From: Octopus sinensis
Lineage: Eukaryota
NCBI RefSeq assembly: GCF_006345805.1
Contig: NC_042998.1
Location: forward strand, 88,784,001-88,848,000
Reading direction: 5' to 3'
Length of the DNA: 64,000 bases
Shown: positions 50,765-63,771 of the stretch, in pieces
How the letters are laid out: each line of letters opens with the position of its first letter
How positions within the stretch are numbered: position 1 is the first letter of the stretch
Position numbers and translations under genes: made by a program
Notes under the pieces: model-generated
Database searches by the model: none
What the model was told of the DNA's origin: nothing
What the model saw: the letters and a program-made list of their open reading frames with translations, nothing else

Positions 50765-53109
50765 GTTGTTATTATTATTATTTTAATTTTAGAAGACTTT
50801 CTTGTTGGACATATTAAGTTTTCATTTATTTTATTTTATTTTCCTGAATGATATAATTTGCAACTCAATTAGACATTTTTGTTCATGAATTGATATTTAA
50901 AATATTTTGAAAATACTCTTACAATTTGTCATAGTGCATTGATCTTCTCTTGTGTATGTGCATGCACTCATGCATGAACCACACATGCACACGGCAAATG
51001 CATTTTTCTAATGAGTTCATCCTTTCTTCTCTCTCAGTCTAATCTCAGTTATAGCTGTCATTTTCATTTGGATATTTTTTCATATAAATATATAGTCTTT
51101 TTGTGTGTTTTAAATATATTTTTAGGCATACTGCTTTAAAAATTTGTATTTTACTGTTTTAGTCTTTATATTTAGTGATCTTAAATGAAAATATAAAAAA
51201 ATTCCCTTTGTTTATTTTTTTAAATTCTATTAAATAGAAGAAAGAAAACTATTTTTATTATGCTAATAAGACTTTTTTTGTAGTATTAATTGAATGATTA
51301 TCAGGATTACACACACCCACACACAGAAACAAATATTTGTGCATCTAATTACGCATGGCCTATTTGTCATTTCATCTATGCTAGGTTGATGAAAATAAAT
51401 ACCAGGAACATACGAGGGGCTGATTTAGTCAACTATATCATCTCTTCCCTCTCCTCCTCACCTCAAATTGGCCTTATACCTAGCTTTGCAAAGAGCATTA
51501 GAGAGAAAGGCATTGGTGGGCAGTGAGGATTGCGGGGGTTGGGTGAAGAAGTGACTGAGCTGAAAAGAGCTCTTAACTTTCATGTAATATCTCTTTTAAA
51601 GTTTACCACAACACATGGAACCATTAATGTGATTGCTACATAGCTTTGTATGTTACAGTTGAAAACTGTTCTTCAGCTTTGAAAATTGATTATACTAATT
51701 ACTTCACCCACTGCCATCCTTACCACCTTCCTCTCCTTCACCCATCGACTGATAGCTGTTGAGTATGTGCATTCACTGATGGTGTGTGCATGCATGTATG
51801 TGTGTGTGTATTTTCCCCCCTCTTGCTTCTGTTCCTTTTACTTTTTTTATCATTTGCTTCTTGTCATTTCAAACTGTAGTTAGTCAATTTGACATTTTCT
51901 GTTTTTTTGCCTTGTTTTAGGACTTAATGACTATTTGATAGGTCTTGACCAATAATCTCCATTACACACACACACATGCTTTCTCATTCACACATACACA
52001 CACATGCACTCACACACATGCATGCACACTCACAAGCTCACCACCCAGCTTTCTCTTGAGTAAAATACAAGGAGGAAGAAGAAAATGAAAATAGAGAATG
52101 TGTACAGCAACAGGAATAAAAAGCTAGTGCAGCTGTACGCGTTTGAATTGGTAAAACATGCAAGCCAATACAATAAGTCAAACTTCATACACTAGCTTAT
52201 CTCTCTCTCTCTCTCTCATTTCTATTTCTAGCTATTGATTGATTCCCCTCCACTCCCCACTTGAATCTTTTTAGCAGACATATTGACTGAAAACTCGGCT
52301 TTCATTTACTTTCTATTAAGCAATCTGGTGTAAATTTCCACCCCCCAAGCTTTTTATCCTTTTTTGAAATTTATATGTATGCAAATTAACACTAAATAGG
52401 TGTATTTGAGAAAGAGAGAGAGAGATAAGATTAAGGATTTCTATTAGTTTTACTAGCTTTTGATAGTTAAGTGATTAAGTATTTATTGTCATCTGGTTAA
52501 TTTTGTCATCTAATTTTTAATTCAAACGTGTGTGTGGTTGTGTCTAGTTATTTATCATGCATTCTACTTTCCTTTTTTCTTCCTTTGTTCAACATTTTAC
52601 AACTTTTTAAACCCTGCTGCCACCTACCTGCTGTCTTATTGCTGTTAATCTAATGGTGATGTCATTCATAAATGATCAATTTACTCAGCACCTTCACTCT
52701 CTTAACCCTCTGGAGCAATCACTAGTATGGATCCTACAAAATAAGTAGGAGCTTTCCTTTGCATGATATGGATCCAGGTCTAGTTATAATTGTTTCTGTT
52801 GGCTATTATTTAATTATATGGTTATGGGATTATAAGAGTCTTATAACTAATTGAATCTAGACCAAGGTTTTAGTTTGTTGTTAGTATCAGTTCATCTAGA
52901 ATTTTGTATTAATCAGGTTAGGTGTTGACTAATAATTACATTAGGATGAGATTTGAGGTGCGCATGCACGCACACACACACACACACACATGTCCATGCA
53001 TATATATGTGTGTGTTCATGTCTGCTGAAAACCCCTACACAATATTGGAAAGAAAACTAAGTATATTAACCAATAATACCTATACCTCAATCACTCACAG
53101 GCGCACAAG

Positions 53110-53143
<34 letters not shown>

Positions 53144-53434
53144 AGTAGTTGTTTTCGATCTCCAAGTACTTTACCAAAACTAACATTGTTTCCCTTGACA
53201 CCTGCTAACTATGTTTACCAAGGGGATCTTCTTTTAAAACTGCCTGACTAGAGGGTCCCCACATGAAGCCAAAAAAAAAAAAAACCCATTGAAAGGTTAT
53301 TTTGTAGATCAACCCACTGCATGATGCATAATCTGATCTGTAGATATTTTGGATAGAGATCTCTGAAATAGCATCACAACTGAGACACTAAATATATTAA
53401 AAGAAAGTACACAATGTATATTTCATTATCATTA

Positions 53435-53473
<39 letters not shown>

Positions 53474-54864
53474 ACTGTAATCTTCACTCTCCTGATAAGA
53501 ATCTATGTTCAACAATTTCTAACAAACTCTCAGGAGGACTCCCAACTTTTTCTCTTGAAATAATAATAACAACAGCAACAACAACAATCATTTTAACTCT
53601 GAATAGCTACTAAACTCTCAACAAACTCAATATAGAAGAATACTATTAAATAGTATTCTTCTTCATGTCATACACCCATACTGACAAATACTTTTCAATG
53701 GCTAGACCACTGATTGGTTGCATAGTCCTGGCCTCTTCTATTATAACTAAATTGACTGGCTGGTCCTCTGAAGTTTGCAACCAACTTGATGATGGTACAC
53801 ACACTATACGCTTTCATTGCTTTGCAAAACTTTTTTTTGTCTACTAATGTGGATATTTGTTGTTTTTTGTTGTGCTTTTCTTATGTTAATTAATCTACAT
53901 TAAGTACAGATAAGCCTTACCTAGCTACATGTCTTCCACAGTTCAGGATAGCATTAAAATAAAAATGGCCATGGGGATAGCCTTCAGAAGAGATAAAGAT
54001 TATCAAACCTGAATTAACTAGTGTTATCATTCATTCCCAACCTCACACCCTCGTTTTCATTTTTAGTCCATATGTTACTATACAAACAAGCATGATAAAT
54101 ACAGTTAATTGTTTGAATTTTCCTAATCTAGAGTACCTATCACTAATTGATTAACCTTCCTGACAAGGATGTTATTCTTTTTCATTTTTAATTCTACATG
54201 TAGATCAGGTTCTTTAACTCTTTTAGATACGATAGTTATCAGCTTCAGTTATATATTGTGTGGTTAGATTTTCTCAGTAAATTTTGAACTTAGTTGTTAT
54301 GGATCTAATTTCTCATAAGTTCTAGTCTGTTTATTGATATATAAGTTGCTTCTACAAATGTGAAATCTCAGAGGGCAGTGAAACAGAATCTATAAAACTG
54401 AGGGTCTTAAAAACAGAAATAAATACTCTCTTATTTCAGTTGTTAATGGAAGCCAGTTTGAAACTTTTCTTAGTAGTACTAATCCCATTAGGTATGGCAT
54501 GAACAATCTTCTCATTTCTATTCTGCTAAAATAAAGGCAGACTGCAGACCACCAGACTAGAGGATTTACTAAATCTAATGTGATTTCTCACTGAGTTAAA
54601 TCTTGCCAGGCTCAACTTCCCTTTTCAGTCCTTTTAGGTATTATGATAAATACTTTAAATGTGAGAGTTAGGTTTTATGAGAACAATTAAAAATGATATG
54701 TTTCTCATTTGTTGAATCTGTGTTCCAAATGTTATATGATTTGGTGTGTCCAGTGTTAAAGTCAGTAGCTCTTAGTAGTAATACTACTTTCTAATGATAG
54801 GGGTAGACAACACAGTAGAATCTAAGAATTCATTGCAGGTTAACAAGAATTTCTTTGTGTAGAG

Positions 54865-55132
54865 CAGTGGTTCTCAACTAAGTCTATATAACCCTTGGGA
54901 TGGGGATACATGTAAGATTTTGTTGTTAATATTTATGTGCTTATGTGCTTTAATTGGTTATAGCTCTGTAATACAGAAAATATCTTAACAATTTTTTTTT
55001 TGTATAATTCCTAATAATATTTCATTATAAAAATATAATATGATTTTTTTAAGCATTGAATCGTTGTGGGGTCCACATGAGTAAAATAGGAATCAAAGGG
55101 GTCCATTGGTAAAAAATGGTTGAGAACCAACG
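54865..55132. mobile_element. hAT/Charlie-type MITE, 268 bp
   Basis: TIR CAGTGGTTCTCAAC and decayed GTTGAGAACCAACG (12/14). Flanking 8-mers gtgtagag and gtattgag match 6/8, consistent with an aged 8-bp TSD. Confidence 0.75.
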
Positions 55133-55409
55133 GTATTGAGCAATGATTCTCATCCAAGGGAAATTTATTTCCTGTAGGCAAAAATTTTGCATGACTGGAT
55201 GTAAATGTATCTGATCATGCATAGCTGTGTTGTTAAAAAGTTAGTTTTGGGTGGTTTTGGGTTCAGTCTCACTGTGTGATACCTTGGGCAAGTGTTTTCT
55301 TTAACTTAAGTTATACCAATGTATTCTGAGTGAAATTGTATGGAAGTCTTTCATGTGTGTTGTATGTTTCTTTATGCTTATGTCTCACAACTTATTGGCT
55401 TGACAATAT

Positions 55410-55640
55410 CAGTCTTAAAAATAGTCCTTTCTATTATTGGCACAATGTTTGAAGTTTTGGGGGAGGGGACTAGTCAATTGCATCGACCCCAGAATTTCAC
55501 TCGTAGTTAATTTATTGACCCCTCAAAAGGATGAAAGGCAAAGCGATCCCAGTGGTGTTTGAACTCAGAATGTGAAGACAGATGAAATACCACTAAGCAT
55601 TTCGCCTGGCGTGCTAATGATTCTGCCAGTTCGCTACCTT
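55410..55640 (-). mobile_element. tRNA-derived SINE (5708 family)
   Basis: aaaggatgaaaggcaaag...tttgaactcagaa...ctaagcatttcgcctggcgtgctaa. Confidence 0.8.
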
Positions 55641-56493
55641 AAAAATAGTGCTTGGGTGGATATTGGCTGACTAAACTTTTAAAAGATAGTACCACAGTAT
55701 GGCTGAAATTCAATGACTGAAATTAGTAAAAGAATATGAGAGTCAGTTTACAAAGTTGATTAAATTATATTTTTAAGGTTACACATCTTTTTGTTCACAG
55801 GTGGGAAATTGGGACAAATTATATATGTTTATTTAGGTCATATTTTTTGTGTGGGAGTAATGAGGTTGAATGGTGAAATACAGCAAGATGAGGGAATAAA
55901 TGAAAGAAGTAGGCTGAGAATCATTGGTGTTGAGCTTAACCCAGTTGTAGTTGTAACATCTGTGACTGTTGACCATCAGCAGTATCATCAATAACATATG
56001 CTATTGTATGTTCTAATAGAAGGTGAAATGGCTGTGTTGATTGCCAACAGGATCATCAATCCCCTATGAAATCACTATGCTGACATGATGTTATTGGGTT
56101 TCTAAGCAAAACACTTTCTTCTATGCACCTCAGTTATCAACTGTGAGAACAGGCACCGAGTCATATGAGAATGTTGACTGAAGTTGTTCTGTCCGGGAGA
56201 AGATATGTTTCACACCATAAAACAAGAACTAAACATTGGGTCTCAGGGTCAGGAGATATTTCAATTCTCTCTCTCTCTCTAAACATTCTTTACAAAAAAC
56301 AATGATATGCCTACCACCTACCATCTCGTAAAACAAAATATTTGATTTCTGTATGTTGTACGACTACTATAATATATTTCTCAAATAATAAAAATAGGAC
56401 AGTGGAATATTTATATTAATCCTCATGTTATTTTTGTTTTTGTTTTAATAATCTAATGTTATTTTAAATTAGTTTTTGTTTCTCTCTTTGCAG

Positions 56494-56573
56494 GAGATTG
56501 TATATCCTGATGGCAGCCCTAAAATTAAAACCTACAGAGTTCCTTCTTTGGCACAACCTTCAGTCTACCATGA
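56494..56573 (+). CDS. Well-signalled 80-nt exon: either coding (EIVYPDGSPKIKTYRVPLWHNLQSTM-R/S) or the last 5'UTR exon with start codon at 56569
   Basis: Strong acceptor tttttgtttctctctttgcag and donor GAG|gtaaaa, in unique sequence. Frame 0 is open throughout and accATG has A at -3. Protein not recognised. Confidence 0.55.
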
Positions 56574-59500
56574 GGTAAAAACCATCATGGATCTTTTTAT
56601 TTCTTAATAACTTAATTCTTAATCTACTAATAAGTATTCTGATTTCATTCCTTACATTCCCTACATTTGTGAGAAATTCACTCAACAGTCTTGAAGTACC
56701 AGTTCATTTATCTTTATTTTTTTATTGCCTTGTCTTAAAATAAAGCAATTTCAAATAATAAATTTTATCTTTTTCATCTATTATCATAATAATAATAATA
56801 TAGAATTATTATTATTATTATTATTATTTGTTACTTTTAATGTATATTATGTATGTAGTTTCTTTTTTAGAGATAGTTACCCAAAGCTATAATTGATTAC
56901 ACCCGAAAATTTAAACTCTCAAGCTGCTATTGAAAAGTCTAAAAAACTTTTTTTCTCTCCTTTTACGAAAAAATAGTTGATAGTATATTATTTCAATGCC
57001 TAGGCATAACACTTTGATTTCGTTTTTCTCTCTGCAGTTTTTTAAAATTTTTTATTGCAATATATTAAGCGAGAAGCAGTGATCTCTGGTATCATAGAAT
57101 CTATGCTACCCTAATTGAAATTATTTTTTCAAGAACTGTTATTCATTTCCCCACCAGCTTTTCCCATTGTAGAATAGGTAGAATAAATATACCCATAGAA
57201 CAGGTAACCACATTCTGGTTCTAGGTTGTTGCTAATGATAAAAATTATTCTCTTGATGACATACTATGAACACCATTTTTATAGAGGAAAATATGTATAC
57301 CTTTTCAACTTTTCAAATATGGGAAAAGAGGTAAAGAAAAGTTTGACCAAAGAAGAGAAGTGTAGTTTAAACATACTGTAGCACTGACCTTGGTACAGTA
57401 TCTACAAGGTGGCCAAGTTGTTTGATTTGGAGAGCACCTCCAACTACTTACATATATATTATGCTTTAGAGTTGTAACTTTTTAAAAATTATAATTAAGA
57501 TTAATATATAGGTACAGACATGACTATGTGGGCAAGGAGTTTGTTTCTAGGCAATGCTTTATGAGTAAATTTAGTTGACAAAAATCCATCAGTGTGTGCG
57601 TGTGCATGTGGGTGTGTATGTATACATGCAGTAAGCATGTGTGGACGCATCTATATATGTATGCTTATAGGTATCTATGTATATATGTAAGTAAGTAAAT
57701 GTGTGAATGTATATGCATGTATGTGTTTGGGTTTAGGTTTGTTGTCCCACTGCTTGATAACCAGTGTTATTTTGTTTACATCCTGTAACTTAGCAGTTAG
57801 GTAGAAAAAAAGTTTGACAGAATAATTAAAGGAGTTTGATTTGTTCAACCAACCCTAAAAGGCAATGCTCCAGCATGGCCTTGGTCTAATAACTAAAACA
57901 AGTAAAAGAGGTACATATTATATATTGTCTATTCCTGCATCTTTGAGTATTGTGTTTTAGGTAAAAAAGCACCAAAACCCAGTATTATGTTGAGAGTTAC
58001 AAGCACCTCACTGGCTACATTTTGGCCATCATTGCCACATGGCATATTGATTTCCCCACCAAAAAACAAAAAGGATTCATTAGCTGGACAGAGACCAATT
58101 TTGTAAAGACAGTAGCAGTATAATTAGTTTAATTGATACTAGTAAAACTAGTACATAAGCACTACTCCAGACAGATCAAAGACTGTCAGCTTTAACATAA
58201 ATTAGGTGCTAAACTAGATATTGTAAATTTAATCATAAAAGGTCACTGACTCTGTGAAAATATATATGTAATTAAAAAAGCATGTTTAATTATTTATTGT
58301 GTTCTCAACCATAGAAATAAACATGGAAAGGTGATTAAGATATAAATATTAGGAATTATCAATCTCTAGCCAAATAAGCAAGAGACACAACTTCTAACAT
58401 TTCTGGAATCTTAGCTATCATCAGAGGAAATATAGCCTTTGCTTGTTGGCAGTGCAATAACTAGGTTATTGTAGAGACACGTTCAAAAAGAAAAAAAATG
58501 TTGAGAGCATTTAATCCTTCGGTGGTTATCCAGATGAGGAAAACATAGAAAATAATCAAAACTACCTTTATATTTATTAATTAAATACAGTCAGTATCTC
58601 TCTATAATTATATTATCAATTAGTCTCATTTCCTGTTGCCACTCAATTGTTTCTATGAATATTTCTATACAGTAACTAGTCACTACACAACCAGCAAGCA
58701 ATTTTGAATGCTATGCTGCTGCTGACGATGGCTAAATAGTTGGAACTATTCAAAGTTTCTTCCTTTCATACTTGACCAAAGAGAATACTGTTAGCATAAA
58801 CCTATGTATTTTTATTTCCTAATCAATATATTTAACTTTAGTGAAATCATTTCTGATTTTGAGAATAAAGTCAACTCTTTTTTTTATTATTATTTTGTTA
58901 AGCATTTAACACAGCTTACTACTAACTTTACCAAATCATATCTTCTGTTAGATGTAAAAAGAAAATGTGTAAAGGAATAAAAAAAAAACATATCTCACTA
59001 CATAAACTACATATTTGTTAGGTGAAGATCTCTAGATCTGCTCTTAACAAACACATAACTTGCATTCTTTGAATGTTGATCAGGTTTTGATAAATCTTAA
59101 ATGATCTTATTTTAGATAGTAATGTTACTTTTACATATTAGTATTGACTCTAGGTTGCCTCAGTTTTATTATAGTATTATTATTTGCCAGTGTCTTATTA
59201 GATTTCTTCATAAATTTTGACATGAAAATATATTATGAATAAAGATATATAGTGCCTGTAGACACAAAGGAATGAGAAAAACAAGAAAACTTCAACAATA
59301 ACACTTTATCACAGTAATATAGGACCTAGATTATAGAAATGTTGCAAACAGAACTAAGTTCAGCTATGGGGTGGGAATAAACAAATAAATTTTTTAAAAC
59401 TTTATTTTATTTTACTTTTTATTTACTTAAAATGCAAATAAGTCAAGATATAAGTGAAGCAGTTCCAAAATAGTTTTAGCATTATTGCTAAGTTTAGAAT

Positions 59501-60084
59501 AGAATTATTGCTGTTTCAATCTTTATATTTATGTCAAGTAGAATAAGTTGCCTATTGATTTTTATCTACATTTCATTTTTCTTCATTTATATTAGATAAA
59601 TGTATTGAATATTTTGTTTAAAAAAAATCATTTTCTTCTTTTTTCTTCCTACTGAGGAAATAGAAAATAAGAGATATCTAGTACAAATTGTTCAATTCTA
59701 CCCCATCCCCCATGTGTAATATAGTTTATATCTGAATTTCTGAATTTATATTTTTACCTTGGCATCCCTAAAAAGTCTTATTGAAATGTTGCAGTAAAAC
59801 TATTAAAAACAAAAAAAGTGAGTGTTCAAATATATTCTGTGAGCATACTCACAAACTAATTCTTTTCAATGTAGGCACACACACACACACACACATATAT
59901 ATATAATCTACACACACACATCATATTTTGATTATACCATTTTGTCAAAGAAAAAAGTGCATTTGGTTATTAATATGTTATCTAAGTTCCAGCTGAGTGT
60001 GAGTATATATATCTCTGTAGCTGTGACTCAGAATCCAAGAGATTACTTTCAATACTCTGTGTGTGTGTGTGTGTGTATAGTGAG

Positions 60085-60360
60085 GTCGTTGGCAGTGCCG
60101 CCGGACTGGCACATGTGCAGGTGGCATGTAAAAAATACCATTTGAGCATGGCTGCTGCCAGTACCGCCTGACTGGCCCTCGTGCTGGTGGCACATATAAG
60201 CACCCACTACACTCTCAGGGTGGTTAGTGTTAGGAAGCGCATCCAGCTGTAGAAACTCTGTCAGATCAGATTGAAGCCTGGTGCAGCCATCTGGTTTGCC
60301 TGTCCTCAGCCAAATCATCCAACCCATGCTAGCATGGAAAGCGGACGTTAAACAGTGATG
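60085..60360 (+). mobile_element. RTE-type 3' tail element
   Basis: gtggcatgtaaaaaatacc repeats, gcatccagctgtagaaac, and ccatgctagcatgg (60324-60337). Confidence 0.8.
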
Positions 60361-60396
60361 GTGTATATGTATGTATATATGTATCTGAATATGTGC

Positions 60397-60445
<49 letters not shown>

Positions 60446-60784
60446 TTGCAGATTTCTGATATAGCGGAATATAACAATTATATATATATTTAATCATTTG
60501 TGAACTAAACCCCCATATTTTGTGTGTGTGTCTGTGTGTGTATATATAGTTAATAAAAAAAAAACTCAGAAAAAGAGGACACCAAGAAAAAACAACAATG
60601 CGAGGATGTGATACATGCAAAGTATTAATAAGATGATCAGAAAAGGAAAGAAAGGGGTTTTACATTTGAAGCAGAAACAGGAGATACAGGGAAGTCCAAG
60701 AGAAAAGGAAGATGGAGGAAAAAAATCACCAACAGTCCACATGTAGTTACATTTTGATATATATATATGTATGTATGTATGTAT

Positions 60785-61040
60785 CATCATCGTTTAATGT
60801 CCATTTTCCATGCTGGCATGGGTTGGGCAATTTGACTAAGAACTGGCAAGCCGAGAGGTTACACCAGGCTCTAATCTGATTTGGCAAGGTCTCTACAGCT
60901 GAACACCCTTCCTAATGCCAACTACTCTGGAAGTATAGTGAGGGCATTGATGTGCCACTGGTACGGAACTCAGTCAGGCACCACTGGCATCAGCCACGAT
61001 CAAATTGTGTATTTTACATGCCACAGGCATGGGTACCAGT
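60785..61040 (-). mobile_element. RTE-type 3' tail element
   Basis: (CAT)n cgtttaatgtcc, ccatgctggcatgg (60808-60821), and ctctacagctg. Confidence 0.75.
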
Positions 61041-61059
61041 CAGCTATGTATGTGTGTGT

Positions 61060-61093
<34 letters not shown>

Positions 61094-61295
61094 ACAAAAT
61101 AATAAATAAAACATATACATATATACATACATACATATATGTACGTACCTACATCTATATATATGTATTATATGTATATATGTATATATATATATATATG
61201 TATATGTATGTATATGTATGTATGTATATGTATGTATATATATGTATATATACATATATATGTATGTGTATGTATATATGTGTACATATATATAT

Positions 61296-61535
61296 CATCA
61301 TCATCATCATCGTTTAATGTCCGTTTTCCGCGCTAGCACGGGTTGGACGGTTTCAACCGGGGTCTGGGGAGCTAGGGACTGCCCCAGGCTCCAGTCTAGT
61401 CTGGCAGTGTTTCTACAGCTGGATGCCCTTCCTAACGCCAACCACTCCGCGAGTGTAGTGGGTGTTTTTTACGTGCCACCTGCACAGGTGCCAGAGGGGT
61501 CTGGCATCGGCCACGTTCGGATGGTGCTTTTTATG
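61296..61535 (-). mobile_element. RTE-type 3' tail element (CpG-rich, young)
   Basis: Near reverse complement of 3220-3440: tttctacagctggatgcccttcctaacgccaacc...tttttacgtgccacctgcacaggtgccaga. Confidence 0.85.
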
Positions 61536-61544
61536 TGGGGGTGG

Positions 61545-62370
61545 TGCAGAAATATATAGGGGAGCACCAGTGGGGAGGGGTGGTTCAGAGAAATGATGAC
61601 AGGTTCTAGGCAAGTAGAACGTAGGATATCAAGAGAGGGGTAATGCATGGTGAATAGCGTGTTGAAGAGGGGGGTTCGAAGAGTAGACCTATAATGGTGG
61701 TAGGAGAAGCGGACATCCGGTATAGATGGAGCAAAAATATAGAGATATCCGGTATTGGTGGTGGGGGTGGGCAAGGGCGGGTGCACCGGGAATATGCGAA
61801 GGTTGACTGACGGCTGGCTTAAAAATACTCTTAGCAATGGAAGGGGGGAAAGAAGAGGGGGGATGGCAGACAACGTAAAAGAGGAGAGAGAGAAGGGAAT
61901 AGTGGAACCCGCGAAAATGGGCCGCCATTGAAAAAAACCCCTGTATGGAGAAATAATATGGCATACGAGGCGAAGCTGAAAATAGTAATAATAATAGTAA
62001 TAATAATAATAATAATAATAAGCAAACTTTTCGACCGCGGATCAAAGGGACAATACTAATACTAATAATAGTAATAATAATAATAAATAATAAACAGCTC
62101 AACCACAACATTAGATTAGAAAGACTCTTATCTTGGGAACATTTCGTTCTTCGGCCTGACACGGGAATATGCGAAGGTTGAACTGACGGGCTGGCTTAAA
62201 AATGCTCTTAGCAATGGAAGGGGGGAAAGGAAGAGGGGGGATGGCAGACAACGTAAAAGAGGGAGAGAGAGAAGGAATAGTGGACCCCGCGAAAATGGGC
62301 CGCCATTGAAAAAAAACCCCTGTATGGAGAAATAATTGGCATACGAGGCGAAGCTGAAAATAGTAATAAT
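61545..62370 (+). mobile_element. Unidentified purine/GC-rich retroposon-like 3' end with (TAA)n tail; ~205-bp segment present twice
   Basis: 61787-61995 is similar to 62162-62370, each ending gctgaaaatagtaataat. Family not recognised. Confidence 0.35.
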
Positions 62371-62648
62371 ACTAATAGATATATAATAATAATAATAATA
62401 ATAAATGTATGTGTATTATATATATGTGTATATATGTATGTGTATTGTATATATGTATGTGTATTGTATATATGTATATATGTATGTGTATTATATATAT
62501 GTATTTAGGTAAGTGTATGTATGTATGTATATATGTGTATGTGTGTGTATATATATGTGTACGTGAATGTAAATAAATATATATGTATGTGTATGTATAT
62601 ATATGTGCATATGTGTATATATGTATGCATGTGTATGTATATATATAT

Positions 62649-62820
62649 GAAATTTTTACCATTAAGACTATTCTGCAAAGACCTGGATAAGTTGAAATCT
62701 GAAGGAGCAATATCTGGTGAATACGGAGGGTGGGGTAACACATCCCAGCCGAGCTGCAGATATTTTGTCTCGTTCCCAAAGCATCAAATGCCCAAATGAA
62801 CTTTCTTATCTTCCTTTTCA
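62649..62820 (-). mobile_element. mariner transposase C-terminal fragment (cecropia/SETMAR-like), cut by gap and microsatellite
   Basis: Minus strand reads LPHPPYSPDIAPSDFNLSRSLQNSLNGKNF. Confidence 0.85.
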
Positions 62821-62920
62821 NNNNNNNNNNNNNNNNNNNNNNNNNNNNNNNNNNNNNNNNNNNNNNNNNNNNNNNNNNNNNNNNNNNNNNNNNNNNNNNN
62901 NNNNNNNNNNNNNNNNNNNN
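62821..62920. other. Assembly gap (100 N)
   Basis: Run of N. Confidence 1.
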
Positions 62921-63699
62921 TATGTATGTATGCATATATATATATATATGTATGTATGCATATATATATATATATGTATGTATGCATATATATATATATA
63001 TGTATGTATGCATATATATATATATGTATGTATGCTTATACAGATGTATGTATGCATATATATGTATGTATGCTTATACAGATGTATGTATGCATATATA
63101 TGTATAGATGCATATATATATATATATGAAAATATATATATTAGTATGCATAAAATCAAAATAAGCAACAAGGATATCCAGAGGTAATGCAGTATGATCG
63201 TTTCATGCAACTCCTTTTAATTGAACAATGCAACCATTACATCAATTCAAATGAAGAGTAATCCTCAGCTGCACAAAGACATAGAATTTGATTAAATTAA
63301 AACATTAGTATAATTTAGCTTAAAATCTCCAAGAATTTAAGGAGGTAGACAAAGAACATGCTGTGTTTCCTTCTACTTAGAAGCTACTAATGTATCAGGA
63401 AGAAAGACTTGTTACAGATGTTGCTTGTCACTGTTTTATGGGGTCAGTTTTAATTTATAGACTAGTTTTATGAAATCCTTGTATATCTAGTTTTAATTTA
63501 TAGACTAGTTTTATGAAATCCTTGTATATATACACATATCTACTTAACTTGCAGTTTGTTAAGTAAATTTACAACCTATGTCTTTCTTAATTTTTTATCA
63601 TTTCACTGTTAAAAGATTATACAATCCATTTTTTGAGTAATATTTATAAATTATCATCCCTGTTTAAGTCAGTTTAGTTGTGACACCTCAGTCATCACT

Positions 63700-63771
63700 T
63701 AGCTAGATCCTAGGCATAACAGTATTTTAAAAGGCACACTACAAAAGAATAAAAATGGTTAAGAACCACTG
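63700..63771. mobile_element. Right end of a second hAT/Charlie-type MITE
   Basis: aaaaatggttaagaaccactg, like the 55110-55132 end. Left TIR not found. Confidence 0.45.
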
